Shown piece by piece: positions 44,825 through 58,040 of a DNA stretch of 64,000 nt. The stretch spans positions 84,258,001 through 84,322,000 of the forward strand of contig OX597825.1 of the NCBI GenBank assembly GCA_951406725.2, in the 5' to 3' direction. Within the stretch, counting starts at the first letter, position 1. The number at the start of each line of letters is the position of its first letter. The translations under genes and the position numbers were made by a program. The notes beneath the pieces were generated by a model. It worked only from the letters and a program-made list of their open reading frames with translations. It made no database searches and was not told where the DNA came from. The DNA is from Octopus vulgaris (lineage: Eukaryota).

Positions 44825-45318
44825 ATATACATTTCTGACTATAAAATTTAGGAATATACATATATTTTTGCGTGGTTGTCAAGCATATGCACAAATGAAA
44901 ATCATTCACAGATAAGTAGCGACTACAAACAAGGTAAAAACAATATATGAATACCGTAATCTATACCATTGACAAAGCCTGAATAGAAATATGCTTCGCA
45001 TTCATTATCCATTCTCAATTACATTTCTCAAGCATTCTTCGCTTTTCTTTTTATCCGTCAGAAGTCTGTTTAAGTAGTTTTCACATTAAATATTTCGAAC
45101 TGTTTGTTGTTTTGTGTGTTGTTATCTGCTACGCGCCTTCTGTGATAAATGAGAAATTCCATCTCGTAAATAATATCAAATATTTATCGACAACCCATTA
45201 ACTGCAGGCTTTTACAAAATAATTCTCGGTTTTTGCAGTTTTGCATATTTATTTGTATGTTTGTTTGTTTGTTTTGGGCCTTCGATTTTGTCTTCGAAGT
45301 ATTTTAATTTGTAGTTTA

Positions 45319-45349
<31 letters not shown>

Positions 45350-45842
45350 CATACATACATACATACATACATACATACATACATACATACATGCATGCAC
45401 ACATGCATACATACACACGTACATACAAACACACATGCACTCATACACACAAATACATATATACACATACATACGTGCACATAGACATACACACACACAT
45501 AAATACATGCCCATATACACATGTACATAATAAATACATAAATACATATATACATAAACACTAACCTGTATCAATACCTGCATTCATTCAAGCTTAAATA
45601 TATGAGCTTATACACCATACACAAATATATATGCGAAGAAAATTAATGTATATTTCTAAAAAATTAAAAGTATGTGTGACTATACACACACACATACACT
45701 CACACAAGCGCACACGAACGCACATGCATATATACGTGTATGTTTGCGTATGTATATACTTAGATACTTAGATGTACATACACACATATGTATGTACAAG
45801 TATAGACATTGCGTATAAGTATGAACCTACGTATATATATAT

Positions 45843-45909
<67 letters not shown>

Positions 45910-46209
45910 TCACACACACACACACACACAAATATATATATATAACTTCAGGCATATATGTATTTTAATATAATAGACTGATTCAATCAAAAATACTGCT
46001 ATGCGTGTGTATATATACCACATACGTATACAAAGGTATGTGTGAGTGTGCGTGCAAGCGTTTGTATGTGTGTTGTTGACGTCATAAAATAAGATTTCGT
46101 AATGTTTGGAGAGAAAATGAAATAATTCTTTATTACAATCATTGGATCTCGAGATACATCGCATAAATCTATAAACTATATCAATGAATGCATATATATA
46201 TACATAGTT

Positions 46210-46252
<43 letters not shown>

Positions 46253-46670
46253 TGTGTTTATTTGCGTGTGTGCACGCACGCCTCTCTTATATTTGGCTAG
46301 CAAGTCCCCTGATGTGAAATCGCGTGATGAAACAGCCACCATCATGCTAAAATCGGGAACATATAGTTTATGAGGTCAAGAAGAGTGACGAAAGGATATG
46401 GACGAACCTAGCTGATTGACCAAATGATTAATTGAAAATTGATTAAGTAAAATGAGTAATTAAATATTGGTTAAATCTATAACGAGTTCAGTAATAATAT
46501 TAAAGACTTGGCTGAGAACCATCGCCTGTATTTATAATGGGTTCAATAACCCATATGGAAGGTTCAAGAACATATTTTCCCATCATGCATCTTCACACGT
46601 ACTTTCTCCAGTCATTGCTATCCTATCTCCTCTTTCTTCTTACTTTTGCTCTTCTTTGGATTTTTTACTA

Positions 46671-46706
46671 CATACCTGACAAAAAGCCTTATCCGAAACG
46701 TCACAA
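46671..46706 (+). ncRNA. Degenerate hammerhead motif
   Basis: CTGACAA-aaagccttatcc-GAAA-CGTC; core G8 lost; shares tatccgaaacgtc with 50830. Confidence 0.5.
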
Positions 46707-47670
46707 TATTACTTTTAACATTCTCTGAAATCATTTTCAAGCATCATAGTCATAATCGTTCTGAAAGTACGGTTGACTTTCGCCGTTTCTTTTCTAATTT
46801 GCCATCGTTTGTGACACACTGTATACAAACATATATGTGTGTGTGTGTGTGTGTATGTAGTCAGCTGTACAACTGCTTCTCTATCGGTTAGAACTTCATA
46901 TCGACTATCATAATCCTGCGAGCTTCCATTATACTGGTTAGTCTCCATCTGTACTTAACTGTATCAATACCTGTCATATACGGAACATATGTAGGGGGAA
47001 AGTATTAGGCCTTACGTACGTTTCACCATTGTACTTGAAGAGGAATTATTTAAATGTTTGATTATATAAATTTTTCCATGCACATACACACAAACACCAT
47101 ATATATGTATATATATATATATATATATATAACTTTCCCATATTCATATATGCATACACACATAATTTACATATATAAATCCACTTGTATAATTTATGTA
47201 TATACATTAACTTATATATATAAACGCACGCCCACATGCTACACACCTATATACAACGTACTAAGTAACGCACCCACGCACATTCAAGCATTCACTCTCA
47301 CACACAATAGCAAGCGCACACATAAACACACACACACACACAAACACATAAGCATACACAGACACATATACACGCGTATATTTTTAAAAATATATGTCTA
47401 CCATAGAGGTAGACAGATAAATGGAGCTTCTTAATAAATGAAAGTGGAACAATAGAAGCAACAACCCTTTTAAAGTAAGTGATGTGACCGTTTCTGGAGA
47501 GAGGAAAAAAAAAGAAAACATGTAAATGGGAAATAGCTGGAAAGGATTATGCGTTTCAGTAATGTAATACATTGCAGGAAGAGGCAGACAAATGAAAATA
47601 CAGAGAATACGTACACACACATGTATGCATATATATATATACACAATACATGTATGCATGTATGTATGTA

Positions 47671-47702
<32 letters not shown>

Positions 47703-47745
47703 CACATATATACATACATGTATTATTATGTGTACATACATGGAT

Positions 47746-47803
<58 letters not shown>

Positions 47804-47976
47804 ACATACACGCGCACACAAACATATGTAAGTATATAACTATGTATGTATGTATTTATGTATGCGTGTCTGTATGTGTGTATATATCCATGAAAGATGA
47901 TTCAATACCATCAGAAAAAAAATCTGTTCATTCACACAAATATATCGATAATGATGACGATGATGATGATGATGAA

Positions 47977-48014
<38 letters not shown>

Positions 48015-48037
48015 CATAGATTCGATTATTGGCCACA

Positions 48038-48345
48038 ATGCCATGGGATTGCACCTAGAAAGTTTCCTTCCGAGGCACAATTCGAGGCAAGGTTGTTTGT
48101 GGAAGGCCAGCAGTCGCCCCCAGCCTCCCCTCGCCATGCCACCGATGTTATCCAAGGGAAAGGCAGAGGCCAATACAGCTTGGCACCAGTGATGTTGCAA
48201 CTCATTTCTACAGCTGAGTTAATTGGAGCAACATGAAATAAAGTGTCTTGCTCAAGAATACAACACACCCCCAGTCTGGGAATCGAACTCACAACCTCAC
48301 GATCGTAAGCTCGACGCTCTAACCACTGAGCCATGTGCCTTCACA
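48038..48345 (-). mobile_element. tRNA-derived SINE family D
   Basis: Reverse complement gaaggcacatggctcagtggttagagcgtcg...gagttcgattccc...cttgagcaagacacttta...ctcagctgtagaaatgag; second copy at 54782. Confidence 0.9.
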
Positions 48346-48429
48346 AGGGTTAGGGCTTACATAAAATTGCATTAAATCACACACAACATAAAAGACAACA
48401 ACAGGACGATGGAATGGGTTTTACAACAT

Positions 48430-48777
48430 GTAAACAATATATATTACGAATAAAATTGAAACAATTTAAAACTCCTAATAGGGGAGGCGCTTTAAGGACC
48501 TCGTGGAAACCCCCACAAAAGCCACCGGTGACTGAGCAACACAGTAAGAGCTGTTCTCCTTTTGTTTACAGGTGCGCGCTCAGATTTGGTCCTTTCACAC
48601 TGGCCATTCTTCCAACATTCACCCACCTTTCAACAAACTTGCTACAAGGCAACACTTCCCTCTCCATCCTCAACTTCGTTTTCAAGCTGAACTTGAAAAA
48701 TTTGATGAGGGCTCGGCCAAAGTGGAAAGTGTCTGTCTTTAGCCCTTTCAAACTGGTCCACCATACTACCTCTTTCG
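48430..48777 (-). mobile_element. 3' end of a Tx1/L1-like LINE
   Basis: KEVVWWT..KGLKTDTFHFGRALIKFFKFSLKTKLRMEREVLPCSKFVERWVNV resembles the Tx1 ORF2 C-terminus (KxxIW...E...FxxxW), followed by a T-rich 3' UTR. Confidence 0.65.
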
Positions 48778-48820
48778 TGAATAATAATAAGAATAAGAAT
48801 AATGATGAAAATAATAATAA

Positions 48821-48892
48821 ATGTCCTTATGCAGTACCAGGCCTAGCTCTTATGGCAAATCATCTTAACTTTTTGGGAGTGTTATCATGTAT
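48821..48892 (+). mobile_element. 5' fragment of the (AAT)n-associated element
   Basis: aataataataa|atgtccttatgcagtaccaggc...atcttaact...gagtgttatcatgta aligns to 9844-9915. Confidence 0.78.
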
Positions 48893-49559
48893 TTTATGAA
48901 AGGAAGCTGATAGGGAACAAAGTATTTACATGTGATGATACAGCTATATGATGTGCATTGGTTATACACGCACCTACACACACACACACACACACACAGA
49001 CACACACACACACATATATATATATATGTATGCATAACACAATATATATACACTTACATGCCCGTAAACATTATATATCTGCGTACTTAGCATTTTAAAA
49101 AGGTTTATGATACGCAGACATATTTCTTAACATAACGTATCACTCTGTCTGTCTCTCTTTCTCTCTCTCTCTCTCACACACACACACTGATTTACGGTCA
49201 CACACGCGAAGCAAAGACGCATAGGTTTATCTGTTTTCGTCGCGCATAAGTAGAAGCCCATCTTACACACAGACACGCACACACACACTCGCATGTATAC
49301 ACATGCACGCATTCTGTAAATATACCGCTACTTGCCTTTGAATATGGGTTTGCTCAAAGCTGCCAGCATCTTATTAATGATGAAGGAATAATAATAATAA
49401 TAATAATAACAACAACAACAATAATAATAATAATAATAATAAGAGGAACAAGAAGAAGAATATGATCACATGATAAAATGAATATAAATAACAATAACCT
49501 CTAAGACTACAAAAAATATATAAAAATAAAGCTAAAATAAACAAGAATACAAAAAAAAA

Positions 49560-49683
49560 CAAAACAAAATCTAAGTGTATCATTTTAAGGCTGAGACGGG
49601 CGATGTAACTGATTGAAGAATATTAATTCTCGCAGATCAACGTCAATCTTGTAATCAATAGAAACAACCTGTTCACTGGTAGA
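49560..49683 (+). repeat. ~120-bp direct repeat, copy 1 (copy 2 at 52365-52487)
   Basis: aagtgtatcattt...gggcgatgtaactgattgaagaata...ttctcgcagatcaacgtcaatcttgtaatcaatagaa...caacctgttcactggtaga occurs at both sites. Confidence 0.92.
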
Positions 49684-50124
49684 AGAAAGGGAAAAAAAAT
49701 AATCAGATCACAATCTGCAAAACGAAAACAACTGATTTGAACTAATTAATTAGTTAACTTAATTCCTCTCCTTGTTTGTTTTCCTTTTCATATAAACCAA
49801 AATTATGCGATTATTCTATGCCCTTTCAACAATGGGCTTCCATTGTGAAGCGTATAAATAAACTTCAAAGGGGAATTATCGCTAAATATGACGCAGCATA
49901 AAAAGCGAAGAATTAGACAAACAGTATAAATGAATCTATGTTTTTGTACGAATGTTGTGATAATTTTAAATGTTGTTATTTTAGGAATATTTATTGATAT
50001 CACAGACAGACGTTTTTGTTTGGCAATGAAGTTAACCAGTGTGAAAATATTTAACTAAAATGATTCTGAAAATTATGGTGGCAAGCTCCGTAGACGAATT
50101 TTAATCACAAAGGAAATATTGGTT

Positions 50125-50333
50125 TCAAAATTTTGGCACAACACCAGCAATTTTGGAGGTGAGTGGGGAGTGAGTAAGCCAACTGCATCGACCTCCGGTA
50201 CTTAATTTGTATTAATTTTATCGACCCTGAAAAAGATAAAAGGCAAAGTCAACCTCGGCTAAATATGAACTCAGAACATAAAGAGGGGCTAAATGCCGCT
50301 AAGCATTTTGTCCTTGTGCAAACTCGCTGCCCT
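50125..50333 (-). mobile_element. SINE family A, degraded
   Basis: tttatcgaccctg...aaaggcaaagtcaacctcggc...tgaactcagaac...gccgctaagcatttt. Confidence 0.8.
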
Positions 50334-50829
50334 AAATCATTAGGAAAATATTGAAGACATAAACTCCGTGACTTAAACAGCGTGCTATATACCTTTCACG
50401 AGACGGTTTAATGGACAAGCTTATGCACACTGGATTATGCTTGAAATCCGAGATGTTAATTATACAGTAATGTCTCTACATCCAATTCTAAATTATTCGT
50501 ACTGTGAAATAAGAATATTGAAGCAAGAAAGATATTTCGCCTTGTTGTATTTAGCTACAGTCCTTTATGTTATTAGTTCAAATCTCACCGATGTCAACTC
50601 TGCCTGCCATCCTTGGTAAACTAAAATAATGGTCAGAAATCGGGATAGATTTTAATGGCCACTAAATTCCCCCCTGCTTTCCAGAATGTAAGGCTATGTG
50701 CATAAAGTCGAGATCTAGTATGGCATGTCTTTCATTTCCTTTCCCTCTCTTTCTTTCTCAGTCTTCTACGTCGCACATGTAGAACAAGGTAAACACATTT
50801 TACATTTCACTTCAGCCTGTCATATTTCC

Positions 50830-50857
50830 CTGATGAAGAAAATCTATCCGAAACGTC
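50830..50857 (+). ncRNA. Degenerate hammerhead motif
   Basis: CTGATGA-agaaaatctatcc-GAAA-CGTC; core intact, stem II mismatched, 3' strand of stem I missing. Confidence 0.55.
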
Positions 50858-51615
50858 CTTTTTTGCGGTTAAATGATATATTCCATTTTGTTAACATTTT
50901 GTACTCACTATTTATTGATAGAGACTATCACTATATTTAACATCATGACTCTCTGATGCCAGGTTAAAATGATACTGTCACATTCCACACTTCTTACTTT
51001 AGAGCTAAAAATACACATTATTATCGACATTTTTTATTTCATTAATCACAAAATCTGCACACAGCAGTGAAATCAATACACATAATATAGATTTATGGAA
51101 TCAACTACGGGTGTGTGTGTGTATTCATGTGTGTGTATGTGTATATGTCTGTGTGTATTTGTGTGTGTATGTGTGTGTGAGTGTATGTATATGTGTGTGT
51201 ATGTGTGTATATGCGTGTGAGAGCGTGTGTGTGTGAGTGTGTGTGCGTGTGTATATATGTGTGTATGTGTGTATGTATGTGAGTGTGTGTATGTGTGTAT
51301 GTATGTATGTGTGTATGTGTGAATGAGTGTGTGTTTGCGCGCGTGTGAAATGCTTATTGTAGTAGTTTAGTAGTTTAGCAGTACTCGTAGCTGTTAGAGT
51401 ATGCCTCTTGTCTAATGTTGCTTTCTCTTGACAGTTAAAAATTCCTGAAAACCTTCTCCACAGGTAATGAAAGCAATAAAAGTGAGCGTGCAAACCGTCC
51501 TCTGCTACCACAAAGCCTCTAAACCATTTACGCTCCTGAAGTACGAAGGTGAATCCAAGGGATCTTGGAGCAGTAAAAAAAAAAAAACAGTACATTAAAA
51601 ATGTATATAAATATA

Positions 51616-52250
51616 TTGGGTTGGCGAGAAAGTAATTTCGTTTTTTTTTAGCGTGAAATAAAAGTCATTCTTTTTCATACAAAGAATGAACTTTAATAAA
51701 TTATATATTTTCCATTTTGTTCGATGACCTTTTGACATCTTTCTAGCAACTTCATGATTTCGCGGTCATAGAACTTCTGGTCCTTATCAATCGAAAACTG
51801 AAGCAGGTGCGATTTCAGCAGGTCATCATCATTATTGAAAGTTTTACCATTCAAAGAATTTCGAACATTTCGAAATAAATGGTAATCTGATGGTGCAAGT
51901 TCAGGGCTGGATGTGACATCACTTCTTAATCAAGCTCCAATAATTTTCATGAATTAACAAAGACGTGTGTGGTCCAGCGTTGTCATGTTGGAATACGATT
52001 CCTTTACGCTTTGTCAATTCTGGCCGTTTTCCTTTGATTGCTTCCTCCAGTTTCATTAGATGTTGACAGTAAAAATAAGAATTGATCGTTTGGTTCCATG
52101 CAAGCAGCTCGAAATACTTAACATCTTTGTAATCCCATCGAATTGGTAGTATGAACATTTTGAATGCAATTCAGCTTTCGAAATGGTTTCTGCTGGTTCA
52201 TTACGCTTGGACCATGATAGATTCTAATATTGAGTTTCGTAACGCGTCCA
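51616..52250 (-). mobile_element. Mariner transposon remnant (3' half of transposase plus TIR)
   Basis: IVFQHDNAGPHTSL, SPELAPSDYHLFR, GKTFNNDDD, CQKVIEQNGKYI (D,D34D mariner motifs); TIR ta|ttgggttggcgagaaagtaatttcg. Confidence 0.93.
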
Positions 52251-52364
52251 AGACATTTAAAATGATTTGTAATTGTTGTGTGTAATACATTTAACCTCTC
52301 TGCAATCAGATTGAATTATGGTTTTGATTCTGTCAACAATACAACAATAAAAACAATACAAATA

Positions 52365-52487
52365 AAAAACAAAATCCAAGTGTATCATTTCAAGGATGAG
52401 AGGGGCGATGTAACTGATTGAAGAATAATAATTCTCGCAGATCAACGTCAATCTTGTAATCAATAGAAGCAACCTGTTCACTGGTAG
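52365..52487 (+). repeat. ~120-bp direct repeat, copy 2
   Basis: See 49560-49683. Confidence 0.92.
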
Positions 52488-52497
52488 AGGAATCAAG

Positions 52498-52546
52498 TAG
52501 GTCAACCAGAACGTAGGTCAACCAAAACGTAGGTCAACCAGAACGC
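52498..52546. repeat. Three tandem 16-bp units (taggtcaaccagaacg)
   Basis: Direct reading. Confidence 0.9.
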
Positions 52547-53365
52547 TGGTCACGTTTGAGTGAAAAATCTCCAGAACTGAATTTTTAAAACTATTTCTGA
52601 CTGGTGCATTCTGTTAAGCAATCAAAACCATAAACTTCACATATCTCTTTGTCAGCCTCAGTAGCTTATTTGCTTTTACGGAAATAAAAGAAGCAATATG
52701 TGGCGAGAATATTCGTTTTTGCACTCCATATTGATATTGACAGCTGTAAATAAATTAGGCGCAATTTGCTTCTATAGTAATCTAAAAGTAACGGCTATCA
52801 AAGGTCAAAAGGAAAAAAAAATCATAACATTACCAAAGCCATTAAAAAATATCGTAACTCTATTTATTTGCGAAAAACAAAATTATTAGATATCATCTTG
52901 GCTGAGACGGTTATAACAATGAAGGAAAGCTAACGTAGAAGGGGAATGTTTGTGCCAATGATGGCGATGGTGATGGCTAAGACGACTACAGCGACATCAA
53001 CGACGATAATCGTTATGATTATGATGATGATGATGATGACGATGCTGATGATGATGTTGACGATGACGATGATGATAATGATGATGATGACGGTGGTGGT
53101 GGTGGCGGTGGTGATGACGATGACGATGATGATGACGATGATGATGATGACGACGATGATGATGATGACGATGATGATGACGATGATGATGACAATGATG
53201 ATGATGACGGTGGTGGTGGTGGTGTTGTTGGTGGTGGTAGTGATGATGGTGGTGGTGATGGTGGTGGTGGTGATGATGATGATGATGATGATGATACTGG
53301 TGCTGAAGATGATATTAACGACAATGTAACAATGTACAATTAACAGCAAAGACATCGATAATTAC

Positions 53366-53410
53366 CTGGTCTAGCCACACGTTGGTCACTAAGACTTGAT
53401 TCTTCTCATC
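53366..53410 (-). CDS. Nicotinic acetylcholine receptor subunit, internal 45-nt exon (equivalent to canonical exon 3, loop D)
   Basis: Minus strand reads cttttatatttccag|GAT GAG AAG AAT CAA GTC TTA GTG ACC AAC GTG TGG CTA GAC CAG|gtaatt = DEKNQVLVTNVWLDQ. Canonical AG/GT sites, phase 0/0, and the 45-nt size conserved in nAChR genes. Confidence 0.96.
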
Positions 53411-54781
53411 CTGGAAATATAAAAGAGGAAGGCAGTGCGTTAAACCATTATTCTGATGTTTACGAAATCATTGACAGATGAGAGAGAGAGGAAGAAGCAG
53501 GAAGGTGAGGCCACAGGGTGCGAAACTATGAAGAAGAGAGATATAGGAGGAAGAGGAGGAGTATGAGGAAGAATAGTGAGATGTTGACGGGAGGAAACGA
53601 AGAAAGAGAGAGAAGAGAAAAGAGAGTGGGAAACAGAGAATTTGGATACGAATAACGGGAAATAGAGAAAAGCATTGCACAGAGCTTACACAAATGCCTA
53701 AAACACACTGAAAGATATACACAAACACACACATACACACACAGACACAAACATGCTCACGGTGTGTATGTGTGTGTGTGTGTGAGTGAGAGAGAGAGAG
53801 TGAGAGAGGGAGATGGGGAGATGCGGGAGAGGGAGAGAAGGGAGAAGATAGAATCGGGAGTAATTTTTCTGAGAAAGTGTAAGAACGAAAGATCAATGAA
53901 AAAAAAGCGAAGGTTTAACTTAAGTAGAATTAATGGAATTTAAATATTTCTTTTTTCTGATACATGTAAAAGACTGAGAAGTACAAAAAAATAACAGACT
54001 CATCAATAACAAGAACAACAACAACATAATATGAAAGAATAAATGAAATAGTACACGTTGCCTTATTTTCGTAACCCATATCCTAGACTTGTTAGATTCC
54101 ACACTCTTTAAATGATTTTCTGCTTCTTTTTCCTTATCTTTGTTGATATTGTTGTTGATGTTTTCATAATGTTGTTACTGAGGATGTGCAGGCGCGAGCT
54201 GAATATGACAAATCGACAAGAATACTTCACGGCGATGATGATGATGACAACGACGACGACGGCGTAGATGGGCGTGGACACCGTTCGTAATGTATGCTCT
54301 TTCTGCAGCTGGTCTCGTTGACCGAGTTGCTTGCTCGGGGTCAAACGTGGAAGATGATAGGAAATTTGTCATCTAGAATGCCAGACTCTCTCTGCACCTG
54401 AATAATGTAGTCAGTGCAAAACTAAACCCTACATTCCTTGATTGTGAGTGGCGGGTATGAACGTCTGTGACCTGGGTGCGACCCTGTGTCTATAGGGTGC
54501 GACCCTGTGTCTATAGGGCCAGTCTGAGTAGCCTCTTTCGGAGGATTTTAAAACCGAGGGTTATGATTTGTTTTCCAACGCCATTAATTTGCCAGTACTA
54601 TATCACTGGGGTTTTGTTTATTAGGGATAGACGTTAAGGGCTGAAACGCCTTACTGGGTGTTTCTTGTCTACAGTACGACAGCTGTTCAGCTGGCATAGC
54701 ATCCTGAGCGCCGGCAAAAGAATCTATCAGTTCCGTATCTATCCCAAACATATGGGGTTTATGGAATTGTGCTTTGCTGAG

Positions 54782-55117
54782 ACCCCCCTTCAGTCATGAC
54801 TGACCATGGGATTGCACCTAGAAAGTTACACTCCTAGGCACAAGTCCTGGAAAGGTTATTTGTGGAAGACCAGCAGTCGCCCATGCATGTCGGCCTCCCC
54901 TCTCTACGTCACCAGTGTTATCCAAGGGAAAGGCAAAAGGGCCGATACAACTTGGCACCAGTGACGTCGCAACTAAATTCTACAGCTGAGTGAACTGGAG
55001 CAACGTGAAATAAAGTGTCTTGCTCAAGGACACAACACGAAGCCCGGTCCGGGAATCGAATTCACAACCTCGCGATCGTAAGCTCGACGCTCTGAACACT
55101 GAGTCATGTGATTTCAC
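54782..55117 (-). mobile_element. SINE family D
   Basis: Colinear with 48038-48345 (ccatgggattgcacctagaaagtt...cgatcgtaagctcgacgctct). Confidence 0.9.
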
Positions 55118-56894
55118 AATTATGCTTTATAGCTGTTATATTTATATCTTGGGATGGGTCAAACTATCCGCACAGTCTAACACACACACACACACACACA
55201 CACACACGCGCGCATATATGACAGGCTTCTTTCATTTCCAATCGTTAACAAAATTCTGTAACAAGGTCTTGGTTGGCCCGTGGCTATAGTAGAAGGCATT
55301 TGCTCAAGATTCCACGCAGTGGAACCATGCGGTTGATAAATAAGTTTCACACCACTTGGCCACCACTGCAAATTTCAAAAGCCCTTCCCGAGCCAAATGA
55401 TCATATTCTGTTTCTCACGGAGAGTTTAGAAATAAATGTGTTAAAATAGTTTAAGAGGTTTGGAAAAGCAGTGCACAAACCTCATGTTTTATTAATCATA
55501 CCTGCGTTTAAGTGTAATTAAAAATAATTCTTCTTTCCTAGACCCTCAGTTATTAAATCCTTAAATCCTTAAAAATGTTTCAGCCCGAAGGCTGCGGCGA
55601 TGTTGAGGTTTCTTTGAAAACTCAAATTATATTCTAAATTTCGTTTAGATATTTCTTGCCACTTCCCTAGACATTTTTGCAGCACAGCATTAAAAAAAAT
55701 GCTGATGTTAAGCCCCTTTCATTGCTCGTCTGTCTTCAGAGCTTTTAGTCCCATCGCCAGGTAAGAGTCCAGTTAATGAAGTGAAGCATAATTTTCAATA
55801 ACTGAAGAAAACTACAGCGAATTGTTAATTTGACAGACTTTCGAAAATTCTAAAAATACTTTCAAGCCAGACTCTGAAACAAAGTATTTTTTATTGTATA
55901 TTACTAAATTAGAATCATATAATTATATTTTTATATTAAATAAATAGAAATTCATCAAATTATATTTGTTTGAAAGGTAAATATAACTTCAGTCTTTTCT
56001 CGCTTACTTTATAAACGATTAAACTAAATTTTATTTTATTATTATTCGTTGTTTATTTTTTGTTTCAATTGGCAAATTTTGGTGATAGCAAACCACTTCT
56101 TATATGATAGACTTGGGTGACAGTTTTATTGCTCTTAAAGAAGCCGACAAATTAAAGTTATGGAGATACATTCACATACTTTATCAAAGCATCTTCATAA
56201 TTTTGGAAACAATTCTGACATATTGTTGCGTTTGAAGTTTCTATTGACTTTGATGTGTCAATATGAAACACAACGAAAAGATGAAGACTCACTTCATACT
56301 TGGCTTTTGCAGGCTTCTCCTCTACAATCTCCTCTCCACCTTCCACAACAACTTTGTCAATTTAGATCTTTTCATCTCCTTAATAGGTTGTTCCTTCACC
56401 AACTAGTACATTATATATTATAGGGTTGACGTGTTTGACTTTAAGAGCGAATACTTCGAAATGTTTGACAGCGAAATCTTAACAATTTCTTTTGTAATCA
56501 AGAAGATTCGTTCTTATAAAAATGAGAAAGAAACGCGTTGTCCGACGCCATTTTGAATATATTTGCTGTCGTAAAAGAAGCAGATTTTAATTGCAAATGA
56601 CAGATCAATCGCACCGTAGTGTTTGATATATTTGCGTTACAATAAAATAATAAAACAAATCATCATATGAGTTTGTTAATGACAAACTATCACCTGTAAC
56701 CTAAAACTGAAACTTAACTTGATGCGGTTGGCTCTTTAACGATTAAACGTAGGAACTGATGAAGATATGAATGTTGTTAGAAGGTATAATACTCACGAAA
56801 AATATTAAAATAGAGATATCCATGTTGTAAAGCAAATATCAAAATGCAACACACCCATAGAAGTTCATAAATACACTTACAGCAATGAATTACA

Positions 56895-56959
<65 letters not shown>

Positions 56960-57258
56960 TAAATAAAACATATGCATATATATATACATATATGTACGTA
57001 CCTACCTCTACATGTATATATGAGTACAGGACACCAAAAAAACGTCGAACACAATGAGAAACGAAAACATAGACACAAACCCAAGGAACTGGACATTTTT
57101 CTTAAACAACAAAAAAATAGAGTCCAGGACAAATAACACAAGATATATATATATATATATATATAGGAGGAGAGTTCACGAAAAAAACAACAAAAGACGA
57201 AGACAGGTGGCGTACAAAACAAACAGATGTATTAGTATAACGCTCAGGAATTGAAATA

Positions 57259-57296
57259 CTCTTTAATGTTTCGAGCCTACGCTCTTCTACAGAGAG
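57259..57296 (-). ncRNA. Hammerhead-like motif in a Penelope-type terminal repeat (~56957-57320)
   Basis: Minus strand ctct-CTGTAGA-A-GAGC-gtag-GCTC-GAAA-CAT-T-aaag; same architecture as 12460, with an A6>T core change. Confidence 0.65.
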
Positions 57297-57386
57297 GGAC
57301 ACAGAAAAAACAAATAGATGTTATATATATTTATATGAAAGTAGTCATTTCATGTGTGCGTGTGTGTACTTATGGATATGTATATA

Positions 57387-58040
57387 AAGTACCGCGCAAA
57401 AGTATTCGCCCTCTTCAAACTATTGTAAATTTCTACTAAATGACAACTTGTAAGCGGATGTTTCGCATTATATTTTTTACAGATGAAATATTAGCCCTGT
57501 TGGAGCCATTTCAATACCAAATCATTATGTGCCTAATAAGCGAGAATTTGTCAGAAGGTCTCCAGAAAAGCGAAACGACCCACGTTCGACCACGAAATCT
57601 GTGAAGTTTGGGGATAAGATTCTGATGCGTTGGGGAGATATAGAAAGTATGATGGTTCAAGAAAGTTGGTTAAGATTGACGGTAACTTGGATAGTACCAA
57701 ATGCATCTTGTTACCGAAGTACAATTGGATGAGGGAGAGATTTTGCAGCATGACGGACCTCCATGCCATAGATCGCGTGTGATACGACAAATTCTGACTG
57801 ATGAAAGTTACCGTGTGGAAAGATTGGCCAGCTGAAAGCCTTGATTATCCTCGAGCAAATGTGGACAGAACTAATGAGAAGAATTCGTCAAAATTCCACG
57901 CAATCTTGAAGTGTTGTGGGAGCTCAGCCACAGAGAATGGCATCTCATACCTGTGAAGATAGAGAAAGATTTGTCTGCATCTCTTCCCAGGAACATTGAA
58001 GCAATTATTCAAACTAAGGGAAGTCATATGAAATATTAAC
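57387..58040 (+). mobile_element. Tc1-like transposon remnant
   Basis: TIR-like ta|aagtaccgcgcaaaagtattcg; KSVKFGDKILMRWG, ILQHDGPPCHRSR, DWPAESLD (cf. TVKFGGGSIMVWG, FQQDGAPCH, DWPxQSPD). Confidence 0.85.

Noticed and set aside
52380-52487. Minus-frame peptide EQVASIDYKIDVDLRELL resembling a Cys-loop strand
   Set aside because: Similarity is weak, the frame ends in a stop, and no matching splice donor is present.
52498-52546. CRISPR-like array
   Set aside because: Contiguous tandem units without spacers, in eukaryotic DNA with no cas genes.
53920-54102. Hydrophobic ORF ([14 protein letters not shown]) as nAChR signal-peptide exon
   Set aside because: Derived from a (CAA)-rich tract; no convincing donor site and no exon 2 between it and the 45-nt exon.
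56288-56560. Minus-strand caaaATGGCG start and acidic stretch ending at a gtgagt donor
   Set aside because: In-frame stops and no recognisable family; may be an old captured fragment but unsupported.
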